Assembly (NCBI RefSeq): GCF_009914755.1
Contig: NC_060925.1
Source of the DNA: the human T2T-CHM13v2.0 reference genome, Homo sapiens
Direction: 5' to 3' (one strand)
DNA length: 64,000 nt
Shown here piece by piece: positions 24,401 through 36,800 of this stretch. The notes below the pieces were generated by a model that saw nothing but the letters and a program-made list of their open reading frames with translations, did no database searches and had not been told where the DNA came from. Position numbers and translations under genes: made by a program. How positions within the stretch are numbered: the stretch's first letter is position 1; every line of letters starts with the position of its first letter.

Positions 24401-24823
24401 TCAGTAACTTCCCTGTGTTGTGTGTATTCAACTGACAGAGTTGAACTTTCTTTTAGAGAGAGCAGATTTGAAACACTGTTTTTGTGGAATTTGCAACTGG
24501 AGATTTCAAGCGCTTTGGGGCCAAAGGCAGAAAAGGAAATATCTTCGTATAAAAACTAGACAGAATCATTCTCAGAAACTGCTGCGTGATGTGTGCGTTC
24601 AACTCTCAGAGTTTAACTTTTCTTTTCATTCAGCGGTTTGGAAACACTCTGTTTGTAAAGTCTGCACGTGGATATTTTGACCACTTAGAGGCCTTCGTTG
24701 GAAACGGGTTTTTTTCATGTAAGGCTAGACAGAAGAATTCCCAGTAACTTCCTTGTGTTGTGTGCATTCAACTCACAGAGTTGAACGTTCCCTTAGACAG
24801 AGCAGATTTGAAACACTCTATTT
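21424..24823 (+). repeat. 20-mer (3400-bp) HOR variant containing a duplication junction
   Basis: Core marker spacing of 3400 bp. The dimer type that normally precedes the core (near 23093) is here followed by another ordinary dimer. Confidence 0.85.
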
Positions 24824-27800
24824 GTGCAATTTGCAAGTGTAGATTTCAAGCGCTTTAAGGTCAACGGCAGAAAAGGAAATATCTTCGTTTCAAAACTAGA
24901 CAGAATCATTCCCACAAACTGCGTTGTGATGTGTTCGTTCAACTCACAGAGTTTAACCTTTCTGTTCATAGAGCAGTTAGGAAACACTCTGTTTGTAAAG
25001 TCTGTAAGTGGATATTCTGACATCTTGTGGCCTTCGTTGGAAACGGGATTTCTTCATATTCTGCTAGACAGAAGAATTCTCAGTAACTTCCTTGTGTTGT
25101 GTGTATTCAACTCACAGAGTTGAACGATCCTTTACACAGAGCAGACTTGAAACACTCTTTTTGTGGAATTTGCAAGTGGAGATTTCAGCCGCTTTGAGGT
25201 CAATGGTAGAAAAGGAAACTATCTTCATATAAAGACTAGACAGAATGATTCTCAGAAACTCCTTTGTGATGTGTGTGTTCAACTCACAGAGTTTAACCTT
25301 TCTTTTCATAGAGCAGTTAGTAAACACTCTGTTTATAAAGTCTGCAAGTGGATATTCAGACCCCTTTGAGGCCTTCGTTGGAAACGGGATTTCTTCATAT
25401 TATGCTAGACAGAAGAATTCTCAGTAACTTCCTTGTGTTGTGTGTATTCAATTGACAGAGTTGAACTTTCTTTTAGAGAGAGCAGATTTGAAACACTGTT
25501 TTTGTGGAATTTGCAACTGGAGATTTCAAGCGCTTTGGGGCCAAAGGCAGAAAAGGAAATATCTTCGTATAAAAACTAGACAGAATCATTCTCAGAAACT
25601 GCTGCGTGATGTGTGCGTTCAACTATCAGAGTTTAACTTTTCTTTTCATTCAGCGGTTTGGAAACACTCTGTTTGTAAAGTCTGCACGTGGATATTTTGA
25701 CCACTTAGAGGCCTTCGTTGGAAACGGGTTTTTTTCATGTAAGGCTAGACAGAAGAATTCCCAGTAACTTCCTTGTGTTGTGTGCATTCAACTCACAGAG
25801 TTGAACGTTCCCTTAGACAGAGCAGATTTGAAACACTCTATTTCTGCAATTTGCAAGTGTAGATTTCAAGCGCTTTAAGGTCAACGGCAGAAAAGGAAAT
25901 ATCTTCGTTTCAAAACTAGACAGAATCATTCCCACAAACTGCGTTGTGATGTGTTCGTTCAACTCACAGAGTTTAACCTTTCTGTTCATAGAGCAGTTAG
26001 GAAACACTCTGTTTGTAAAGTCTGTAAGTGGATATTCTGACATCTTGTGGCCTTCGTTGGAAACGGGATTTCTTCATATTCTGCTAGACAGAAGAATTCT
26101 CAGTAACTTCCTTGTGTTGTGTGTATTCAACTCACAGAGTTGAATGATCCTTTACACAGAGCAGACTTGAAACACTCTTTTTGTGGAATTTGCAAGTGGA
26201 GATTTCAGCCGCTTTGAGGTCAATGGTAGAAAAGTAAATATCTTCGTATAAAGACTAGACAGAATGATTCTTAGAAACTCCTTTGTGATGTGTGCGTTCA
26301 ACTCACAGAGTTTAACCTTTCTGTTCATAGAGCAGTTAGGAAACACTCTGTTTGTAAAGTCTGCAAGTGGATATTCAGACCTCCTTTAGGCCTTCGTTGG
26401 AAACGGGATTTCTTCATATTCTGCTAGACAGAAGAATTCTCAGTAACTTCCTTGTGTTGTGTGTATTCAACTCACAGAGTTGAACGATCCTTTACACAGA
26501 GCAGACTTGAAACACTCTTTTTGTGGAATTTGCAAGTGGAGATTTCAGCCGCTTTGAGGTCAATGGTAGAAAAGGAAATATCTTCGTATAAAGACTAGAC
26601 AGAATGATTCTCATAAACTCCTTTGTGATGTGTGCGTTCAACTCACAGAGTTTAACCTTTCTGTTCATAGAGCAGTTAGGAAACACTCTGTTTGTAAAGT
26701 CTGCAAGTGGATATTCAGACCTCCTTGAGGCCTTCGTTGGAAACGGGATTTCTTCATATTCTGCTAGACAGAAGAATTCTCAGTAACTTCCTTGTGTTGT
26801 GTGTATTCAACTCACAGAGTTGAACGATCCTTTACACAGAGCAGACTTGAAACACTCTTTTTGTGGAATTTGCAAGTGGAGATTTCAGCCGCTTTGAGGT
26901 CAATAGTAGAAAAGGAAATATCTTCGTAGAAAAACTAGACAGAATGATTTTCAGAAACTCCTTTGTGATGTGTGTGTTCAACTCACAGAGTTTAACCTTT
27001 CTTTTCATAGAGCAGTTAGTAAACACTCTGTTTATAAAGTCTGCAAGTGGATATTCAGACCCCTTTGAGGCCTTCGTTGGAAACGGGATTTCTTCATATT
27101 ATGCTAGACAGAAGAATTCTCAGTAACTTCCTTGTGTTGTGTGTATTCAACTGACAGAGTTGAACTTTCATTTAGAGAGAGCAGATTTGAAACACTGTTT
27201 TTGTGGAATTTGCAAGTGGAGATTTCAAGCGCTTTGGGGCCAAAGGCAGAAAAGGAAATATCTTCGTATAAAAACTAGACAGAATCATTCTCAGATACTG
27301 CTGCGTGATGTGTGCGTTCAACTCTCAGAGTTTAACTTTTCTTTTCATTCAGCGGTTTGGAAACACTCTGTTTGTAAAGTCTGCACGTGGAAATTTTGAC
27401 CACTTAGAGGCCTTCGTTGGAAACGGGATTTTTTCATGTAAGGCTAGACAGAAGAATTCCCAGTAACTTCCTTGTGTTGTGTGCATTCAACTCACAGAGT
27501 TGAACGTTCCCTTAGACAGAGCAGATTTGAAACACTCTATTTGTGCAATTTGCAAGTGTAGATTTCAAGCGCTTTAAGGTCAACGGCAGAAAAGGAAATA
27601 TCTTCGTTTCAAAACTAGACAGAATCATTCCCACAAACTGCGTTGTGATGTGTTCGTTCAACTCACAGAGTTTAACCTTTCTGTTCATAGAGCAGTTAGG
27701 AAACACTCTGTTTGTAAAGTCTGTAAGTGGATATTCTGACATCTTGTGGCCTTCGTTGGAAACGGGATTTCTTCATATTCTGCTAGACAGAAGAATTCTC

Positions 27801-30800
27801 AGTAACTTCCTTGTGTTGTGTGTATTCAACTCACAGAGTTGAATGATCCTTTACACAGAGCAGACTTGAAACACTCTTTTTGTGGAATTTGCAAGTGGAG
27901 ATTTCAGCCGCTTTGAGGTCAATGGTAGAAAAGGAAACTATCTTCATATAAAGACTAGACAGAATGATTCTCAGAAAATCTTTTGTGATGTGTGCGTTCA
28001 ACTCACAGAGTTTAACTTTTCTTCTCATAGAGCAGTTAGGAAACACTCTGTTTGTAAAGTGTGCAAGTGGATATTCAGACCTCTTTGAGGCCTTCGTTGG
28101 AAACGGGATTTCTTCATATTATGCTAGACAGAAAAATTCTCAGTAACTTCCTTGTGTTGTGTGTATTCAACTCACAGAGTTGAAGGATCCTTTACAGAGA
28201 GCAGGCTTGAAACACTCTTTTTGTCGAATTTGCAAGTGGAGATTTCAGCCGCTTTGAGGTCAATGGTAGAATAGGAAATATCTTCTTATAGAAACTAGAC
28301 AGAATGATTCTCATGAACTCCTTTGTGATGTGTGCGTTGAACTCACAGAGTTTAACCTTTCTTTTCATAGAGGAGTTAGGAAACACTCTGTTTGTAAAGT
28401 CTGCAAGTGGATATTCAGACCTCCTTGAGGCCTTCGTTGGAAACGGGATTTCTTCATATTCTGCTAGACAGAAGAATTCTCAGTAACTTCCTTGTGTTGT
28501 GTTTATTCAACTCACAGAGTTGAATGATCCTTTACACAGAGCAGACTTGAAACACTCTTTTTGTGGAAATTGCAAGTGGAGATTTCAGCCGCTTTGAGGT
28601 CAATGGTAGAAAAGTAAATATCTTCGTATAAAGACTAGACAGAATGATTCTCAGAAACTCCTTTGTGATGTGTGCGTTCAACTCACAGAGTTTAACCTTT
28701 CTGTTCATAGAGCAGTTAGGAAACACTCTGTTTGTAAAGTCTGCAAGTGGATATTCAGACCTCCTTGAGGCCTTCGTTGAAAACGGGATTTCTTCATATT
28801 CTGCTAGACAGAAGAATTCTCAGTAACTTCCTTGTGTTGTGTGTATTCAACTCACAGAGTTGAACGATCCTTTACACAGAGCAGACTTGAAACACTCTTT
28901 CTGTGGAATTTGCAAGTGGAGATTTCAACCGCTTTGAGGTCAATAGTAGAAAAGGAAATATCTTCGTAGAAAAACTAGACAGAATGATTCTCAGAAACTC
29001 CTTTGTGATGTGTGTGTTCAACTCACAGAGTTTAACCTTTCTTTTCATAGAGCAGTTAGTAAACACTCTGTTTATAAAGTCTGCAAGTGGATATTCAGAC
29101 CCCTTTGAGGCCTTCGTTGGAAACGGGATTTCTTCATATTATGCTAGACAGAAGAATTCTCAGTAACTTCCTTGTGTTGTGTGTATTCAACTGACAGAGT
29201 TGAACTTTCTTTTAGAGAGAGCAGATTTGAAACACTGTTTTTGTGGAATTTGCAACTGGAGATTTCAAGCGCTTTGGGGCCAAAGGCAGAAAAGGAAATA
29301 TCTTCGTATAAAAACTAGACAGAATCATTCTCAGAAACTGCTGCGTGATGTGTGCGTTCAACTCTCAGAGTTTAACTTTTCTTTTCATTCAGCGGTTTGG
29401 AAACACTCTGTTTGTAAAGTCTGCACGTGGATATTTTGACCACTTAGAGGCCTTCGTTGGAAACGGGTTTTTTTCATGTAAGGCTAGACAGAAGAATTCC
29501 CAGTAACTTCCTTGTGTTGTGTGCATTCAACTCACAGAGTTGAACGTTCCCTTAGACAGAGCAGATTTGAAACACTCTATTTGTGCAATTTGCAAGTGTA
29601 GATTTCAAGCGCTTTAAGGTCAACGGCAGAAAAGGAAATATCTTCGTTTCAAAACTAGACAGAATCATTCCCACAAACTGCGTTGTGATGTGTTCGCTCA
29701 ACTCACAGAGTTTAACCTTTCTGTTCATAGAGCAGTTAGGAAACACTCTGTTTGTAAAGTCTGTAAGTGGATATTCTGACATCTTGTGGCCTTCGTTGGA
29801 AACGGGATTTCTTCATATTCTGCTAGACAGAAGAATTCTCAGTAACTTCCTTGTGTTGTGTGTATTCAACTCACAGAGTTGAACGATCCTTTACACAGAG
29901 CAGACTTGAAACACTCTTTTTGTGGAATTTGCAAGTGGAGATTTCAGCCGCTTTGAGGTCAATGGTAGAAAAGGAAACTATCTTCATATAAAGACTAGAC
30001 AGAATGATTCTCAGAAAATCTTTTGTGATGTGTGCGTTCAACTCACAGAGTTTAACTTTTCTTCTCATAGAGCAGTTAGGAAACACTCTGTTTGTAAAGT
30101 GTGCAAGTGGATATTCAGACCTCTTTGAGGCCTTCGTTGGAAACGGGATTTCTTCATATTATGCTAGACAGAATAATTCTCAGTAACTTCCTTGTGTTGT
30201 GTGTATTCAACTCACAGAGTTGAAGGATCCTTTACAGAGAGCAGGCTTGAAACACACTTTTTGTCGAATTTGCAAGCGGAGATTTCAGCCGCTTTGAGGT
30301 CAATGGTAGAATAGGAAATATCTTCTTATAGAAACTAGACAGAATGATTCTCATGAACTCCTTTGTGATGTGTGCGTTGAACTCACAGAGTTTAACCTTT
30401 CTTTTCATAGAGCAGTTAGGAAACACTCTGTTTGTAAAGTCTGCAAGTGGATATTCAGACCTCCTTGAGGCCTTCGTTGGAAACGGGATTTCTTCATATT
30501 CTGCTAGACAGAAGAATTCTCAATAACTTCCTTGTGTTGTGTTTATTCAACTCACAGAGTTGAATGATCCTTTACACAGAGCAGACTTGAAACACTCTTT
30601 TTGTGGAAATTGCAAATGGAGATTTCAGCCGCTTTGAGGTCAATGGTAGAAAAGTAAATATCTTCGTATAAAGACTAGACAGAATGATTCTCAGAAACTC
30701 CTTTTTGATGTGTGCGTTCAACTCACAGAGTTTAACCTTTCTGTTCATAGAGCAGTTAGGAAACACTCTGTTTGTAAAGTCTGCAAGTGGATATTCAGAC

Positions 30801-33800
30801 CTCCTAGAGGCCTTCGTTGAAAACGGGATTTCTTCATATTCTGCTAGACAGAAGAATTCTCAGTAACTTCCTTGTGTTGTGTGTATTCAACTCACAGAGT
30901 TGAACGATCCTTTACACAGAGCAGACTTGAAACACTCTTTTTGTGGAATTTGCAAGTGGAGATTTCAGCCGCTTTGAGGTCAATAGTAGAAAAGGAAATA
31001 TCTTCGTAGAAAAACTAGACAGAATGATTCTCAGAAACTCCTTTGTGATGTGTGTGTTCAACTCACAGAGTTTAACCTTTCTTTTCATAGAGCAGTTAGT
31101 AAACACTCTGTTTATAAAGTCTGCAAGTGGATATTCAGACCCCTTTGAGGCCTTCGTTGGAAACGGGATTTCTTCATATTATGCTAGACAGAAGAATTCT
31201 CAGTAACTTCCCTGTGTTGTGTGTATTCAACTGACAGAGTTGAACTTTCTTTTAGAGAGAGCAGATTTGAAACACTGTTTTTGTGGAATTTGCAACTGGA
31301 GATTTCAAGCGCTTTGGGGCCAAAGGCAGAAAAGGAAATATCTTCGTATAAAAACTAGACAGAATCATTCTCAGAAACTGCTGCGTGATGTGTGCGTTCA
31401 ACTCTCAGAGTTTAACTTTTCTTTTCATTCAGCGGTTTGGAAACACTCTGTTTGTAAAGTCTGCACGTGGATATTTTGACCACTTAGAGGCCTTCGTTGG
31501 AAACGGGTTTTTTTCATGTAAGGCTAGACAGAAGAATTCCCAGTAACTTCCTTGTGTTGTGTGCATTCAACTCACAGAGTTGAACGTTCCCTTAGACAGA
31601 GCAGATTTGAAACGCTCTATTTGTGCAATTTGCAAGTGTAGATTTCAAGCGCTTTAAGGTCAACGGCAGAAAAGGAAATATCTTCGTTTCAAAACTAGAC
31701 AGAATCATTCCCACAAACTGCGTTGTGATGTGTTCGTTCAACTCACAGAGTTTAACCTTTCTGTTCATAGAGCAGTTAGGAAACACTCTGTTTGTAAAGT
31801 CTGTAAGTGGATATTCTGACATCTTGTGGCCTTCGTTGGAAACGGGATTTCTTCATATTCTGCTAGACAGAAGAATTCTCAGTAACTTCCTTGTGTTGTG
31901 TGTATTCAACTCACAGAGTTGAACGATCCTTTACACAGAGCAGACTTGAAACACTCTCTTTGTGGAATTTGCAAGTGGAGATTTCAGCCGCTTTGAGGTC
32001 AATGGTAGAAAAGGAAACTATCTTCATATAAAGACTAGACAGAATGATTCTCAGAAAATCTTTTGTGATGTGTGCGTTCAACTCACAGAGTTTAACTTTT
32101 CTTCTCATAGAGCAGTTAGGAAACACTCTGTTTGTAAAGTCTGCAAGTGGATATTCAGCCCTCTTTGAGGCCTTCGTTGGAAACGGGATTTCTTCATATT
32201 ATGCTAGACAGAATAATTCTCAGTAACTTCCTTGTGTTGTGTGTATTCAACTCACCGAGTTGAAGGATCCTTTACAGAGAGCAGGCTTGAAACACTATTT
32301 TTGTCGAATTTGCAAGTGGAGATTTCAGCCGCTTTGAGGTGAATGGTAGAATAGGAAATATCTTCTTATAGAAACTAGACAGAATGATTCTCATGAACTC
32401 CTTTGTGATGTGTGCGTTCAACTCACAGAGTTTAACCTTTCTTTTCATAGAGCAGTTAGGAAACACTCTGTTTGTAAAGTCTGCAAGTGGATATTCAGAC
32501 CTCCTTGAGGCCTTCGTTGGAAACGGGATTTCTTCATATTCTGCTAGACAGAAGAATTCTCAGTAACTTCCTTGTGTTGTGTTTATTCAACTCACAGAGT
32601 TGAATGATCCTTTACACAGAGCAGACTTGAAACACTCTTTTTGTGGAATTTGCAAGTGGAGATTTCAGCCGCTTTGAGGTCAATGGTAGAAAAGTAAATA
32701 TCTTCGTATAAAGACTAGACAGAATGATTCTCAGAAACTCCTTTGTGATGTGTGCGTTCAACTCACAGAGTTTAACCTTTCTGTTCATAGAGCAGTTAGG
32801 AAACACTCTGTTTGTAAAGTCTGCAAGTGGATATTCAGACCTCCTTGAGGCCTTCGTTGGAAACGGGATTTCTTCATATTCTGCTAGACAGAAGAATTCT
32901 CAGTAACTTCCTTGTGTTGCGTGTATTCAACTCACAGAGTTGAACGATCCTTTACACAGAGCAGACTTGAAACACTCTTTTTGTGGAATTTGCAAGTGGA
33001 GATTTCTGCCGCTTTGAGGTCAATGGTAGAAAAGGAAATATCTTCGTATAAAGACTAGACAGAATGATTCTCAGAAACTCCTTTGTGATGTGTGCGTTCA
33101 ACTCACAGAGTTTAACTTTTCTTTTCATAGAGCCGTTAGGAAACACTCTGTTTGTAAAGTCTGCAAGTGGATATTCAGACCTCTTTGAGGCCTTCGTTGG
33201 AAACGGGATTTCTTCATATTATGCTAGACAGAATAATTCTCAGTAACTTCCTTGTGTTGTGTGTATTCAACTCACAGAGTTGAAGGATCCTTTACAGAGA
33301 GCAGGCTTGAAACACACTTTTTGTCGAATTTGCAAGCGGAGATTTCAGCCGCTTTGAGGTCAATGGTAGAATAGGAAATATCTTCTTATAGAAACTAGAC
33401 AGAATGATTCTCATGAACTCCTTTGTGATGTGTGCGTTGAACTCACAGAGTTTAACCTTTCTTTTCATAGAGCAGTTAGGAAACACTCTGTTTGTAAAGT
33501 CTGCAAGTGGATATTCAGACCTCCTTGAGGCCTTCGTTGGAAACGGGATTTCTTCATATTCTGCTAGACAGAAGAATTCTCAATAACTTCCTTGTGTTGT
33601 GTTTATTCAACTCACAGAGTTGAATGATCCTTTACACAGAGCAGACTTGAAACACTCTTTTTGTGGAAATTGCAAATGGAGATTTCAGCCGCTTTGAGGT
33701 CAATGGTAGAAAAGTAAATATCTTCGTATAAAGACTAGACAGAATGATTCTCAGAAACTCCTTTTTGATGTGTGCGTTCAACTCACAGAGTTTAACCTTT

Positions 33801-36800
33801 CTGTTCATAGAGCAGTTAGGAAACACTCTGTTTGTAAAGTCTGCAAGTGGATATTCAGACCTCCTAGAGGCCTTCGTTGAAAACGGGATTTCTTCATATT
33901 CTGCTAGACAGAAGAATTCTCAGTAACTTCCTTGTGTTGTGTGTATTCAACTCACAGAGTTGAACGATCCTTTACACAGAGCAGACTTGAAACACTCTTT
34001 TTGTGGAATTTGCAAGTGGAGATTTCAGCCGCTTTGAGGTCAATAGTAGAAAAGGAAATATCTTCGTAGAAAAACTAGACAGAATGATTCTCAGAAACTC
34101 CTTTGTGATGTGTGTGTTCAACTCACAGAGTTTAACCTTTCTTTTCATAGAGCAGTTAGTAAACACTCTGTTTATAAAGTCTGCAAGTGGATATTCAGAC
34201 CCCTTTGAGGCCTTCGTTGGAAACGGGATTTCTTCATATTATGCTAGACAGAAGAATTCTCAGTAACTTCCCTGTGTTGTGTGTATTCAACTGACAGAGT
34301 TGAACTTTCTTTTAGAGAGAGCAGATTTGAAACACTGTTTTTGTGGAATTTGCAACTGGAGATTTCAAGCGCTTTGGGGCCAAAGGCAGAAAAGGAAATA
34401 TCTTCGTATAAAAACTAGACAGAATCATTCTCAGAAACTGCTGCGTGATGTGTGCGTTCAACTCTCAGAGTTTAACTTTTCTTTTCATTCAGCGGTTTGG
34501 AAACACTCTGTTTGTAAAGTCTGCACGTGGATATTTTGACCACTTAGAGGCCTTCGTTGGAAACGGGTTTTTTTCATGTAAGGCTAGACAGAAGAATTCC
34601 CAGTAACTTCCTTGTGTTGTGTGCATTCAACTCACAGAGTTGAACGTTCCCTTAGACAGAGCAGATTTGAAACGCTCTATTTGTGCAATTTGCAAGTGTA
34701 GATTTCAAGCGCTTTAAGGTCAACGGCAGAAAAGGAAATATCTTCGTTTCAAAACTAGACAGAATCATTCCCACAAACTGCGTTGTGATGTGTTCGTTCA
34801 ACTCACAGAGTTTAACCTTTCTGTTCATAGAGCAGTTAGGAAACACTCTGTTTGTAAAGTCTGTAAGTGGATATTCTGACATCTTGTGGCCTTCGTTGGA
34901 AACGGGATTTCTTCATATTCTGCTAGACAGAAGAATTCTCAGTAACTTCCTTGTGTTGTGTGTATTCAACTCACAGAGTTGAACGATCCTTTACACAGAG
35001 CAGACTTGAAACACTCTCTTTGTGGAATTTGCAAGTGGAGATTTCAGCCGCTTTGAGGTCAATGGTAGAAAAGGAAACTATCTTCATATAAAGACTAGAC
35101 AGAATGATTCTCAGAAAATCTTTTGTGATGTGTGCGTTCAACTCACAGAGTTTAACTTTTCTTCTCATAGAGCAGTTAGGAAACACTCTGTTTGTAAAGT
35201 CTGCAAGTGGATATTCAGCCCTCTTTGAGGCCTTCGTTGGAAACGGGATTTCTTCATATTATGCTAGACAGAATAATTCTCAGTAACTTCCTTGTGTTGT
35301 GTGTATTCAACTCACCGAGTTGAAGGATCCTTTACAGAGAGCAGGCTTGAAACACTATTTTTGTCGAATTTGCAAGTGGAGATTTCAGCCGCTTTGAGGT
35401 GAATGGTAGAATAGGAAATATCTTCTTATAGAAACTAGACAGAATGATTCTCATAAACTCCTTTGTGATGTGTGCGTTCAACTCACAGAGTTTAACCTTT
35501 CTTTTCATAGAGCAGTTAGGAAACACTCTGTTTGTAAAGTCTGCAAGTGGATATTCAGACCTCCTTGAGGCCTTCGTTGGAAACGGGATTTCTTCATATT
35601 CTGCTAGACAGAAGAATTCTCAGTAACTTCCTTGTGTTGTGTTTATTCAACTCACAGAGTTGAATGATCCTTTACACAGAGCAGACTTGAAACACTCTTT
35701 TTGTGGAATTTGCAAGTGGAGATTTCAGCCGCTTTGAGGTCAATGGTAGAAAAGTAAATATCTTCGTATAAAGACTAGACAGAATGATTCTCAGAAACTC
35801 CTTTGTGATGTGTGCGTTCAACTCACAGAGTTTAACCTTTCTGTTCATAGAGCAGTTAGGAAACACTCTGTTTGTAAAGTCTGCAAGTGGATATTCAGAC
35901 CTCCTTGAGGCCTTCGTTGGAAACGGGATTTCTTCATATTCTGCTAGACAGAAGAATTCTCAGTAACTTCCTTGTGTTGCGTGTATTCAACTCACAGAGT
36001 TGAACGATCCTTTACACAGAGCAGACTTGAAACACTCTTTTTGTGGAATTTGCAAGTGGAGATTTCTGCCGCTTTGAGGTCAATGGTAGAAAAGGAAATA
36101 TCTTCGTATAAAGACTAGACAGAATGATTCTCAGAAACTCCTTTGTGATGTGTGCGTTCAACTCACAGAGTTTAACTTTTCTTTTCATAGAGCCGTTAGG
36201 AAACACTCTGTTTGTAAAGTCTGCAAGTGGATATTCAGACCTCTTTGAGGCCTTCGTTGGAAACGGGATTTCTTCATATTATGCTAGACAGAATAATTCT
36301 CAGTAACTTCCTTGTGTTGTGTGTATTCAACTCACAGAGTTGAAGGATCCTTTACAGAGAGCAGGCTTGAAACACTCTTTTTGTCGAATTTGCAAGTGGA
36401 GATTTCAGCCGCTTTGAGGTCAATGGTAGAATAGGAAATATCTTCTTATAGAAACTAGACAGAATGATTCTCATAAACTCCTTTGTGATGTGTGCGTTCA
36501 ACTCACAGAGTTTAACCTTTCTTTTCATAGAGCAGTTAGGAAACACTCTGTTTGTAAAGTCTGCAAGTGGATATTCAGACCTCCTTGAGGCCTTGGTTGG
36601 AAACGGGATTTCTTCATATTCTGCTTGACAGAAGAATTCTCAGTAACTTCCTTGTGTTGTGTTTATTCAACTCACAGAGTTGAATGATCCTTTACACAGA
36701 GCAGACTTGAAACACTCTTTTTGTGGAATTTGCAAGTGGAGATTTCAGCCGCTTTGAGGTCAATGGTAGAAAAGGAAATATCTTCGTATAAAGACTAGAC

